Shown here one piece after another: positions 12,164 to 23,388 of a stretch of DNA of 64,000 nucleotides; the first letter of the stretch is position 1; the number at the start of each line of letters is the position of its first letter. The stretch is from Piedraia hortae CBS 480.64 (Eukaryota), in contig MU005958.1 in assembly GCA_010093745.1 (NCBI GenBank), forward strand, positions 124,001 to 188,000. The letters are read 5' to 3'. The notes under the pieces were generated by a model. The model was not told the origin of the DNA. It did no database searches and saw only the letters and a list, made by a program, of their open reading frames with translations. The translations under genes were made by a program, and so were the position numbers.

Positions 12164-13578
12164 TCAAAACCTGGATTCAACCTTCTTCTCCACATCCTGC
12201 AGCGCCCACTCACTCCGAGCTCGCTTGCTCCTGACTTGATCAGCCTGTTTGCTAGTAAACCCTCTTGCTTCAACAGCTGGATTATAACCAAGACCAGTAA
12301 TCCGCCCAATCTCCTCATTCGAAAGAGGTTTGGCCGTCTGTCCATCAGCACGCTTGTAAACCGTCACGACGGACGCCCCTCCTAAACCCTGATTATGTTG
12401 CAAAGCAGTACGTGTTCCGGGAACAGCGCGGTTGTTTGCCTTTAAACATGTCAGTCATTCACAGGATGAATATTGAAAGAACGTACCCAACCACGCAAAT
12501 GCCACACCAGCTCAGCACATTGCGCAATGCCACTTGCGCCGAGCGGATGACCTTTGCTAATCAGTCCTCCGGACGGGTTGACTACAACGCGCCCTCCATA
12601 TGTAATATCGCCTTTGCGCACCATCTCATGGGCTTTACCAGGCTCACTGAACCCTAGAGCATCTAGAAGAACCATTTCATTCGCGCTGAAACAGTCGTGA
12701 ACCTCGCAGACTTGGACATCTTTCACATGAACGCCTGCTTCAGCGAGGGCTTTTTGACCGGCGCGCTTGTTCGTCTCGAACCCCATCAGATCGATCGAGG
12801 AGCGGCTAAACAGGCTTGGTGCATCGGTGGATAGGTCCTGTCCTGCTATGAGAACGGCTTGGGATTTGAGATGAGGTCTTGCATCAAGAAACTCCTGGCT
12901 GACCAGGACAGCAGCTGCACCGCCATCGCTTGTAGGGCAGCATTGAAGCTTTGTCAGCGGATCGTGCACATTGGGCGAGCCCAGAACTTGCTCCAGCGTA
13001 TACTGGTCTTGGAACTGAGAGTAAGGGTTATTCTTGCTATGGGAGTGATTGACACGGGCGATCTCAGCAAAGTCTTCCTTTTTTGCACCGAAACGCTCCA
13101 TGTATTCCCGGCCAGCGTTACCAAACATCTGGGCTGCACCTGGAGCGTTGGAGACTCCTCGCGTTTCTTTCATCATTTGAGATGTTGTACCCAAAGGATT
13201 GGCTCGGTCGTTAAAGTACGACTGCAATGATCCTGGGTTCATCTTTTCAAATCCAATAACCAACACGGCGTTTGCCATCCCGCCCGACACCATGTTCCGC
13301 CCCATGTGAAGGCCGGTAGAGCCGGTAGAGCAGTTATTGTTGACATTGTAGATGGGGATTTGGGTCATGCCGAACTGGTAAAAGACTCGTTGTCCGCATG
13401 TGGAATCTCCATAACAGTAGCATGCGATTCCTATGTCGACATCGTCATAGTTGACGTGGGCGTCGAGCATGGCCTTGACACCCGCTTCAAAGCCCAACTC
13501 GGTGTAGTCTACTTTGCCCCGGGGTTTGATGAACTTGGTCATACCGACCCCGAGGATGTAACATGGTTGTGGTGACAT
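12164..13578 (-). CDS. SCP-x-type thiolase (non-specific lipid-transfer protein thiolase domain)
   Basis: NNNCSTGS, LQCCPTSDG, EVHDCFS, NPSGGLISKGHPLGASG and QHNQGLGG motifs. Intron 12440-12486. C-terminal SRF is PTS1-like. Confidence 0.92.
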
Positions 13579-15022
13579 TGTAGTTGGGACAGGAACTTTT
13601 GCCGCTTACTCCCTGATGGACACCTTCTCCGCATGAGCATGCTTCCGGAAGCCGAGGCAAATGCATTTGGACGGATCCTCCAGCCACATCATGAAGCCTC
13701 AAAAGATGTCTACAGCAGCTGACTCAGGGACAGCTATGGGCGCGACGTGTTTGGAGGATATTAAGCGACCATGATCATCGTATTCTCTAACTACTTGGCT
13801 AATTTTAGACCTTCTGGAAAGATGCCGAGGAGGATTGTCAATACGCAGAAGGTGGTTGGCGGCAGGATTGTTGCCATCGCGGTGGGACCGTAAAAGGCCG
13901 ATACCTGTCGCTACGACTATCATGTTTGGACACCAACACGTTCCGTTTGGAGGCAGAGAGTTGGCACTTCCTGGCAGAACAAAGAGTCTCGGAGAGGAGA
14001 CACGTAATGTCAAGTTCGACACATAATATCTACTCGGCCCAAGACGCAGTTGAATCTGTCGGCGACACCCGACTCGGCTGTTGCTCCTGCCAACTATCAT
14101 TTGAATTTGTAAAGTCGACGCGGTGAAAGAAGTCGGTATGTTTATCACTTAGACCGACAGCAGGAAATTTACCAGGGTTGCGGCGTCGGTGGCACCGAGC
14201 CCCTGGGGCTTTTGGCCCTTTGCTTGCGCGGTGCTTTTGGTGCCACGTGCGCGTGGTTGTCTCAAACACGCTTGATGCGCATGCGCGTGCGCTACCTGGT
14301 GTTTGGTACCTGTCATGAACCACGTGTAGGGATTGTGCACCATAGCAGAATACGCTAAGGAACAACCCCAAAGGGAAACGCCTTGGTAGCAGGTATACTA
14401 GGTCTATTGTAGGACCCAAACGATAAGCCCGCAAGCTTTGAGGCTGGTGAATTAAGTGGCTCAGGTGGATGCGGCACGGTCACATAATGCGTCAGGGCAA
14501 CCGACGCCTCATCATTGACGGCGCCATCGTCTAGCGGGCGTTTCCGTCCACGGCGGGCGTGGCGCTCCGGGGACGGGAGATCTACGTCGCGACACCGATC
14601 TCTAGGGCGCAGATGTGATTTGTATTTTTACCCCTGCCTAATCCTTGCTCCTACCCTATACGTGCTGAGACGCTGGCGAAAGCTGGGCAGAAACTTCCCT
14701 CTCGCTTACAAAAAAGCCGATAGTCGTCTGTGCTTCTCCATAACCGTCTCCTCGGTTTGATCTCCCTAACAACGACCTTTCCCCGGTTTGGCCTGAGCCC
14801 TCGGTTCGCCTGTCAAATAATTACCCGGCGCTTATGCGCTTTGGTTTTCCTTTTGGATCTCAGATTGATTTGGCATTCGCATCCTGGCCGCAATCCTACG
14901 AGTAGGTGTATATCTACTGTCTCCTTCTCCTCCCTCTCTTGTCACCCTGTTCTCCAATCCCGTCCGTTAGGAACACTTTCAAACATCCTCTCGACACCCT
15001 CCCACTCATTATAATAACTGCA

Positions 15023-15424
15023 ATGGACCATCTGTGCGGCTACCCTTTGGCACCTTGCCTCTGCTGCCTAAGCCGGCAATCGACTCCCTTCAGCCCTTCG
15101 TCCTCGTCGACATACGATTTCAGTTCAATCGTTGCCTCCTCTTCTTCAGGGTCCAAAGTCCAACCCACGGTCTTGAAAAAGCAGACTCGTCGTCGACCTC
15201 GACAGCTACCTCGCCTGTCCCTGTTCACTCCGGCACAGACCATTGACGAGAGAGGCGTTTTTCCAACCCCTCCACCTTCTACGACAACAGAGGAAGTAGC
15301 ATCCTACTTCTCCTCCAGATACCTGGCGCCACAGTATTATTCGCCATATCCTCCAGCAACTCAACAGCGGAGGGACTCAGCCACGCTCCCAAGAGTACCC
15401 GTTTTGTCGGTCCGGGACGCATGA
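15023..15424 (+). CDS. Hypothetical Ser/Pro-rich protein
   Basis: ATG-initiated 133-aa ORF after a long pyrimidine-rich leader. Low-complexity, no recognised domain. Confidence 0.45.
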   Translation: MDHLCGYPLAPCLCCLSRQSTPFSPSSSSTYDFSSIVASSSSGSKVQPTVLKKQTRRRPRQLPRLSLFTPAQTIDERGVFPTPPPSTTTEEVASYFSSRYLAPQYYSPYPPATQQRRDSATLPRVPVLSVRDA

Positions 15425-15677
15425 AAACAATCCAGAAATATTTCTTTTTTCCTACTTTGCAGGGAGTTCAGTTAAAGACGGAAGTGACGGAAAACGGGAG
15501 ACAGAACCTATACCACGATGGAGTGTACGTGTACGTTAGTGTGTTGTTGATAATGTAATGATTGAACAAGCCTCACGGCTCAGTTCATCAACAGTAATGG
15601 TACAGACATTGTTCCGCAACCTCTACACAACGCCTTCCACATGAACCGCTCAACGCTTCGATCAAGACAAAACCCGT

Positions 15678-16250
15678 CTACGATGCCCTCGCAGCTTCCC
15701 TCTGTGCCTGTTCCCGTTGCTCTGCAAACGCCTGTCTACTAATAGCCAGCACCCGTTCGAAGCCTTCTCGACCCTTTATAGCATTTTGCCTGAACCTCTC
15801 TACGCTAGCCTCTTCGATCGTATTTTTGATCTTCTGCCATCCGCCACAGAGGGCAATAATTTTTGCGCTCTGCTCGAAGCGCGTGTGGCCTTGACGCTCT
15901 GACGGCCGATATAAAACCTTCTCCTGCACCGATATAAGATCGCTCCATGTCATGTTCTGGCTGCACATTGTGACTTTCTTCGCGTCGGTATCAATGTAGG
16001 ACACTTCGTAGACGTGGCTTACGTCCGCAGAGCCGAGGAAGGATCTGAGCCATTGCGGCGCGCTCTGTTTGCATGTGATGAGCCGTTCTGTTCGCAGGAT
16101 GTTGGTCTTTGGGTCTAATTGTCGGCTGAGTGTGTCGACGGCCACGACGTGTGTGCTCTGGTCGTTCCACGGACAGTACTTTTGCCAGTTGCAGGTGCTC
16201 ACTTCGTCCCACGAGTAGGCAAACTCGTGCGTGCTGCTGAAGAATCGCAT
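15678..16250 (-). CDS. UPS2: PRELI/MSF1 family mitochondrial lipid-transfer protein
   Basis: KYCPWN...HVVAVDTLSR...LRTERLITCKQSAP...VERFRQNAIKGREGFERVL. Confidence 0.88.
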   Translation of the reverse strand: MRFFSSTHEFAYSWDEVSTCNWQKYCPWNDQSTHVVAVDTLSRQLDPKTNILRTERLITCKQSAPQWLRSFLGSADVSHVYEVSYIDTDAKKVTMCSQNMTWSDLISVQEKVLYRPSERQGHTRFEQSAKIIALCGGWQKIKNTIEEASVERFRQNAIKGREGFERVLAISRQAFAEQREQAQREAARAS

Positions 16251-16403
16251 CGTGAAATAGGCTTGGTGTTGTTCGGAAGTGGAGCGCCGCGAGAATTTGT
16301 TCCCTGAGGTTTTCTTTTTTTGGGGTCGGGAATTCCCGGCTCTCCTTCGTATTTCAATTGTAAACTGTACCGGGTTTTTCCGGTTACGTTACGACTTCAC
16401 TCC

Positions 16404-17396
16404 ATGACCAGCGCCTTGAGGGTGTTGTTTTGCGGCACCGATGAGTTCAGCATCTACTCGCTCCGTGCTCTGAATAGTCTGAAGTTGACTGCAAAAAGCA
16501 AAATTTCTTCCATCGATGTCGTGTGCCGCACAGATAAACGCGTTGGCCGAGGACTGAAACGCATTAGTCAAGCCCCCATAAAGGAAGTTGCTTCTGACCT
16601 CAAACTTGCCATCCATCAGCTGGACAGCTTCCAGGGATGGTCCCCTCCTCGGCCCGTTGATCTCGTGGTGGCCGTCTCATTTGGCTTGTTGGTCCCAGGT
16701 CGGATTCTGTCGTCTGCCAGATATGGTGGTCTCAACGTCCACCCGTCATTGCTGCCCGCCTTGCGTGGGCCGGCTCCAATCCAGCATGCTCTTCTCCAAG
16801 GTCTGTCAATAACAGGCGTGACTCTACAGACAATGCATCCCTCCCGCTTCGACCACGGCCAAGCTATCGACCAGCGTTCTTTCGAGGTCCCGGCCAATTG
16901 CCATCCTCAAACTCTTGTTGAAGGCCTCGGTCAGCTCGGGGCACAGATGCTTTATTCTGCAGTGGATAACTCGTCTTTTGTACCCCCTATTCGTGAGCAT
17001 CAAAGCGAGCAAACTCCCTCCCATGCGCCAAAAATAACGCCTAAAGACCGACAAATAGATTGGAAGACTTGGAGCTCCGATGAGATTGTCAAAAGGGCCA
17101 GAATATTTGGTTCATTGTGGGACGATACTACACTGCCAAGCAAGCGCATCATCTTCGAGGGTCCGTGGAAGGAAGCCTTTGAGTATGACTACGTACGGAA
17201 GGGTAGCGCCGGTCAACTTGTAGCCCTGCACGAGAAATGGGGTGAGGATGGAGACTTCCAGGTGAAGAAGCGCCCTACGGAAATTGGGTTTATCACAGTT
17301 GACGAGCGTGTAATGGTACCGTCAGGAGTTACTATAGAGTCTGGGAAACGGAATATGGGGAAGAAGGGTTTGCTGGCGGCTCTGTCACAGGCATAG
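16404..17396 (+). CDS. FMT1: Methionyl-tRNA formyltransferase, mitochondrial
   Basis: LRVLFCGTDEFS, VAVSFGLLVP, GGLNVHPSLLP.LRGPAPI, TGVTLQTMHP.RFDHG and HAPKIT motifs. Confidence 0.92.
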   Translation: MTSALRVLFCGTDEFSIYSLRALNSLKLTAKSKISSIDVVCRTDKRVGRGLKRISQAPIKEVASDLKLAIHQLDSFQGWSPPRPVDLVVAVSFGLLVPGRILSSARYGGLNVHPSLLPALRGPAPIQHALLQGLSITGVTLQTMHPSRFDHGQAIDQRSFEVPANCHPQTLVEGLGQLGAQMLYSAVDNSSFVPPIREHQSEQTPSHAPKITPKDRQIDWKTWSSDEIVKRARIFGSLWDDTTLPSKRIIFEGPWKEAFEYDYVRKGSAGQLVALHEKWGEDGDFQVKKRPTEIGFITVDERVMVPSGVTIESGKRNMGKKGLLAALSQA

Positions 17397-17621
17397 TGTC
17401 TAATATGTACGATGCAGTTGAACCTGGGTATAGTGGATGGATATCATGTCTGCGATCCTGTGTTACTATTTTCAGATTGACTGGAGTTTGTGGAGCTCTG
17501 CCCGCTATGTCACCGAAAGCCTAGCCCATTTTTTCGTCCTGCCAAACCCCACAAACACGCGCTGACGTCACATTTGTAACCTCATTGCAGACACGCAGGA
17601 AAAGGCCAGTTCTGCAACATC

Positions 17622-20037
17622 ATGCAGACTGATGATCTTGTGAGCATTCCATTTCGACGGACTAATAGTGTGTTGGTATCTCCAGCGATCAAAGCCTACA
17701 TTTTGAACAAATATGATCAACATCCAAGCACCTTTTCTGCGGACCTGCGGGCCATTGACGTTTTAAGAAAAGAAGCCGTCAATGCAACTGAGCCGCATAC
17801 TGGCGGTCTGCACAAGTTGCAAGAGTATGCAGCACAGTTGGTTTGGATGAGTGGGAAGATTCCCGTAGATGTATGCGATACCACTTGGAGAAACATCATG
17901 TACTGACTCCTGATTTTGTAAGCTTGGTGTCGAATTCAATTGGTTCCCTTCGCTACAGCCTGGTGGAGAGAGCGCAGAGAATAACCTCCAGTTTGAGTTG
18001 GCGAATATCCTGTTCAACATGGCTGCCATGTATTCGCAGCTGGCGGTGCAATCTAACCGTGCAACTTCCGAAGGGCTCAAAAGCGCAGCAGCAAATTTTT
18101 GTCAAGCTGCGGGGGTTATAGAGCATCTGAAATGGCAGATTGCATCCGATTTAAGAAGTGTACCGCCCGACGAAATGGAACCTGCGACGTTGGATTCGTT
18201 ATATTCGTTAATGCTCGCGCAAGCTCAGGAGTGTTTCTGGCAAAAAGCAGTAGGGGGTAAAATGAAAGATTTAATCGTTGCCAAGCTGGCTGCGCGGGTG
18301 AGCGATCTCTATGGCGAAAGCGGAGAGTCGGCCTACAAAAGCGATCGTTTACCGAGCCCGTGGGTCCATCATATCAACGCCAAGCACTGTCATTTTGCCG
18401 CCGCGGCGCAATATCGTGCGGCGTGTGATGCATTGGAGAAGAGGAAGTACGGTGAAGAGATAACGAGGCTGCGCGATAGCCTTGCATGCGTCAACGAAGG
18501 GCTACAGGCGCGGAAATGGTTGAGTCGTCAGGTCTTGGCTGACCTCATGGGACTAAAGTCTCGAGTTGCGGAGGACCTGAAAAGGGCAGAGCACGATAAC
18601 GATACGATATACTTCTCTCACGAGCCTGCAAAGTCGGAGCTTCCGGGCCTTGATCGCGCAAATATGGTGCGAGCTCAGATTCCACGAGAAGTTAGTGAGT
18701 CGCAAGCCATGCTGGGCGAAAAGGGCCAGCTTGGCCAGCCTTTGTTTGCAAAACTGGTCCCATATAGCGTGCATCAAGCTGCGTCGATGTATGCAGATCG
18801 TAGGGACCGGCTGGTCAATGGCTGTGTCATTGCCGACTTGGATGGGTTAACGCACAAAATGCAGGAGGTTCTATCCGGCCTTGGTTTGCCAGGTTCGCTG
18901 CAGGCTTTGGAGAAGCCATTGGGCATACCTCCCACTGTAGCCAGCCATGCACAGGAGGTGAGGCAGGCTAATGGAATTCATAAAATCAATGCTACAATTT
19001 CGCATACGATGAAACTCAAGCAGGACAACCAGAGTGTCTTCAACGAGGGAGTAGACGTGCTAAGGAAAGAAGCGACCGAGGACGACACCGCACGAAGGAG
19101 ATTTGGAACAGAGCAATGGCAGCGACCAATCGGCCGAGAAGCCCAACCTTCTCTCTACGAAAAGGTCGATGAACTGCAATCCTACTTTGAACAAGCGAAT
19201 GAAACCGATGTGCGTGTTCAGAAGAAACTTAGACAATGCGAAAGCTTAGTCCGTCTCCTTGGAGGCAGCGACCGGGATCTAGAGGACTACGTTCCGTCTA
19301 GCCGACGGGCAAATCTAACTGCAAAGGTCGAGCGCGCGGCCGTCAAACTACGTGAAACAATGGACGAATGGAACCGCTTTGAGCGTCGAAGACGACAAAA
19401 AATCCTCACACTCAAGAACAAAGTCTCTGACGACGATATCAAGCCCGACCTCCTCCGCATAGCATCTCAGCTCGAGCGTGAGAATCCCATGCAACCCATC
19501 GCGGCCTCACATTTCGAATCTCTCTTCGACGAACGCCTACGAAAGTATGACCCAGATCTAGAAGGAATCCGATCCGAAGAATCCACCCAGAAACAAATAC
19601 TACAGAAGATACAAGACGCCAACAGGGAATTCGTCTCTGCTAAGCGCGGAGAAGCAGTGTCCAAGGAGCGAGAGGCAGCGCTTCAGAACTTGGAGGACGC
19701 TTACATCGCGTACCATGAGGTCCTCCGTGACCTTGACGCGGGGCAAACATTTTATACCCAACTTGCTCCTTTAGTCGCTGAGTTCAAAGACCAGTGCAAG
19801 GAATTTGCAGAGACAAGGAAAGTCGAGGCGAAGAAGTTGGAAGATGGAATCGTGCGTGGAAGATCACCACGGCCGCCGTTGGTACAGCAGTCACAGCAAA
19901 AACAACTCAAGGAGGATGTCAAGCGGGATGTCGCGCCGGCTGCCAAGATAGAGAAACCAGTAATGGTGGAGAAGCCAGTCACGACTTGGTCGAAAGATAT
20001 GCCAATCATCTTTGCAAAAGGTCCTCCTAGATCTTGA
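17622..20037 (+). CDS. palA: pH-response regulator PalA/Rim20 (BRO1 plus ALIX-V)
   Basis: NKYDQHP, NLQFELANILFN, MLAQAQECFWQKA, LFAKLVPYSVH and LPGSLQALEKPLG motifs. Intron 17871-17922. Confidence 0.92.
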
Positions 20038-20877
20038 TGCTGTAATGGGATGTAAACTGGGTAGATGTATAAAGATGGCCATGATGAACGATCTATAGTG
20101 TCTCAGTGCAATTTGTGATTTGCCTGTTCCGAAGGGTTGAGAAAAGTTGTAACAGATAGGATGTGAAGAGCTGCATCAGTTTCTGCTGCATTCTTTACTT
20201 CCGCAGCTTCTATGGCGTCAGAAGGGAAATGGGATTATATTCAGTGACGGGGTGTGCCCCCCTGCCCCCGTCCCTTCACTTTCAGATGAGATGAAGTCAA
20301 CGGACCTAACCGGATACGGGATCGCGCTGCCAAGACCGCACTACATCACCCCAGAAAATCCCAACGCAATCACACATTTCGCCCAACACACTGCGCCTAA
20401 AGCGCAGTGCGCAACACGGGGTCTCTTCTCGGGTTATGAGATGAAGACCCCACACAACCGGGGTTCACCACACCTACTGTAAAAAGCAGCGACACCGCAG
20501 GCATGTCCGTCGTATCTGTTACAAGAAAAAGTTCTACCCAGGCCCTGATTAGTGGTGTCGATTACTATGTGCAGATTGCTCCGCGGTGATCGTCAAAAAT
20601 TTTTGGCAGGGCATCGGATGAGACTGCGTGCCAACGTATAGCGTCTGGCACTTCTGGCGATGCTAAAGGGGATTCTATCGCGGGGGGGGAGGAAGAGGGG
20701 GGTTGTAATTTACGGGGTTATTGGGGCGGAATACCTGGACGATGTATGGATGTCTGATGAAAGAAGGGGGCATCAATTTAGAGGAGAGGTGGAGCACGTA
20801 CGCGAATGGGAGAGGGACTTGTGAGGGGCTTTGCATATTGATGTTCGGAAAGGTACGGCTTGAGGGGAAGAGGAATC

Positions 20878-21085
20878 AAGGACTGATGAGGTGCTTCGCG
20901 TGTTGGTCTTCGAAGAGGTCTTGCATAGGTGGGAGAGGAATCATGACCGGATGAGGTGCTTTGCATGCTGGTTTTAGGAAGAGTCTTGCATGAGTGGAAG
21001 GACCGATGAGGATGCTTCATACGTCGTTTCTCGAAAAAGTCCTGCACGAGGGATCAAAGGCTGATGCGAATGCTTCATACGATTT
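20878..21085 (+). repeat. About 3.5 degenerate ~55-65-bp tandem units leading into the transposase relic
   Basis: Recurring G(A/G)CYGATGAGG(A)TGCTT...GTCYTGCAY, encoding roughly QGLMRMLHxxFLExVLHE. Confidence 0.6.
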
Positions 21086-21560
21086 TCTTTGATAATATCA
21101 CCCCAGCAGCTGGAAGAGAGTACGCTAGCAAACTCACCTCCTTTCCATCCCCCCCTGGGTGGCCGCAAGTTCAAGGGCCATTACACCACCTCAAAATCTA
21201 TAGCTTATCAGAGACATGCGAAGAGGGCGTTTGCAATTCTGCTTCTTCGGTGTTGATTGAAGGAGGAGCAAATCTGAAGGGATCCGATACGGGTTCTGCG
21301 CAGCAATGTGGCTGCCTACTGCCTATATACCCGCTATTTATACACTCACCAAACTGGGATCTGACAAGCGACATCGCGACCAATCGAGATCTGCTTCGGC
21401 TGGCCCACCGGAGGTTACTGGAATTGAGACTTTCAAAGAAGCTGAGACTTACTTGAAAGATATCAGATAGCCCAATGCTCACGTGGGTGTGCATTGTCCT
21501 GCGTTGGCTGAGGAATACGGCCTACCGGTCAACCTCGATACCTTCCAGGGTGAGGATGCC
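21055..21560 (+). mobile_element. Decayed fungal DNA-transposon-associated (putative transposase) ORF
   Basis: FPSPPGWPQVQGPLHHLKIYSLSE and, after stops/frameshifts, *PNAHVGVHCPALAEEYGLP. These motifs are recalled from a repetitive ascomycete transposase-like family. Superfamily not certain. Confidence 0.5.
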
Positions 21561-21577
21561 CAACGGTTGAACAAGCA

Positions 21578-21920
21578 ATGGATCCAGTACTCCAACCATG
21601 GGAGTCCCGATTTTTACTTGCTCATCAAGGGCAACAGACGCTTTGTGGAATGACTATCACTCTGCGGTGCATTTCGGGAAGGGCTTCCTGTCGCAACAGA
21701 GTTCATGAAGGACATATATCAACGTCTCACACAAAGCTTCGGATGGCCGCGATTTCAGATATGATATGTTCGACAAACCCAGAAATTGCCCAATGGCTCA
21801 CCATCACCAAAGCTCTCATCAGCGCTGTCGACTTTCAGAGTGTCTCCGGTTGCTATCTCTGCCTCATGCCGCAGGAGTTCTGTAAGGTCTGGACGAAGGG
21901 CTACGACCAATGCGAAAGCC
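21578..21920 (+). pseudogene. Fragment resembling the Cys-rich C-terminus of telomere-linked RecQ helicases
   Basis: ...VDFQSVSGCYLCLMPQEFCKVW resembles the F..YSGCF.CG.PQ.IC..W motif of TLH-type helicases. Confidence 0.35.
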
Positions 21921-22994
21921 GGCCAACGGGTAGCACTACGACGCCATTCCCGCCACGTGCCGTTGGGGCGACCAGTAATACCAATGAACCCCTAGCCAGC
22001 AGTACCCATTCTACTGAGGAGCCGTCGGGGAAAAGCCTCGCAAGGGCTTCTGAGCTCCCGGCAGAGCAAAATGCCGAAATCATTCGGCATTTACAGGCGA
22101 TCTGTAAGCAAGGGAGATTGACTCGCCACCCGGAGCTCATCTGCGCAGCAAAACGTCCCAATTCAGCATGGCTCTCGCTAATAAAATGCAGACCGTACAG
22201 AAGACCACGCGGCGTATGCTACGCTTTGAGGTGTACAACCCCCATATCTGGGAAGGTACAAGTGCTTGTGGAGATTTTGGATCGCTCTACGCTCGCTTGG
22301 ACATTCATTTGTTTCAAGGGCTCGGTGTGCGAGTGCAAGAAGGAGCGCATGCCGGCCTGAAGAGATGACTACAGAGCGTCAGGAGTCATAACGTTGTCTG
22401 GTCGTGTTTCGGAATCATTTGATCAAAGGCAGAGTATCTCGCAGGACGACTTGAACGAATATTCCTGGACAGAAGACGGTGATGTCTCTCAGGAGAGGAA
22501 AAATCAACATTTACTTGGTCGATAACTTGATCTCTATCGATATCTCTGTTGTCATGACCTAATGAACGAGCAGCAGGAAGGGGATATGCAGGGACGAGAT
22601 TGTGTTTAGAACCCGGCTGGCACAGAGGCTGGGCACTCTGAGCACTAATAGACCCATAACGAAGTTAAATGAAGCCGTAGGCAAGATCAATGGAAGCTTG
22701 CGCTATTAGTTCCCTGCAGTGTCCCAAAAAGAGAGAGGGTGGTTTTATGCAGCAGAATATATAGTGCACTTCTTCTATCGAGATGGAATAGCTGATCAGA
22801 TCCTCAATTGCGATACTAATGGGCTAAGTTTCCCTCGTCGCTATGTTCATAGCATTGAAACGTGCTTTAGCGTGAACGTGGCTGTGAGTGTAATTCACGG
22901 AAGAGTCGTTGGTTGGAGGTGTTCAAGATGGTAGAGCGATATACAGGATAGCTTCCATAGGCCATAGCACTGAAAAGCGGTTAGAATGCAGACA

Positions 22995-23225
22995 GGCAGC
23001 TTAACGGCTCAAGTATCAGTAGCTAAATAGTGTGTCAGCAGCTGAGTAGCACTTCAGTGACTAGGTAATGCTAAGGCACCCTTTATCTGCTACATTTAGA
23101 ATAAAATGCGGCTAATGGGTGGTTTAGCAGCCAATGTGCGGCTTGGTTGCTAACGTACCACGTAGTTGCTAGTGTGTCACCTTGTTGCTAGCATAACGCT
23201 TACACGCTAAGTCGTGTCTAGCTCC
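22995..23225. repeat. 19-bp-period degenerate tandem array
   Basis: Cores at 23016, 23035, 23054 (TCAGYRRCT) and at 23105, 23124, 23143, 23162, 23181, 23200 (..GYWGCTA-like). Confidence 0.65.
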
Positions 23226-23388
23226 CAAAGTTGTCATCTGCTTCATATCTGTTATAAGCAATATTATAGGCTATGTATGACTTCATGTGTTAATCCTGTG
23301 ATAGTACACTAACTTCCGCTCGTTATTTAGAAGCGGACTTTCTTCAGGCTTCGAAAACCCCTAGCCCGCAGCTGAGCTGGCCTACACC

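Noticed and set aside
20595..20610. Sm-site-like AATTTTTGG implying an snRNA
   Set aside because: No U1, U2, U4 or U5 signature upstream.
20883..21060. Hammerhead ribozymes suggested by CTGATGAG
   Set aside because: No unit combines an intact CUGAUGA, a GAAA and a pairable stem III. The motif is explained by the codons L-M-R.
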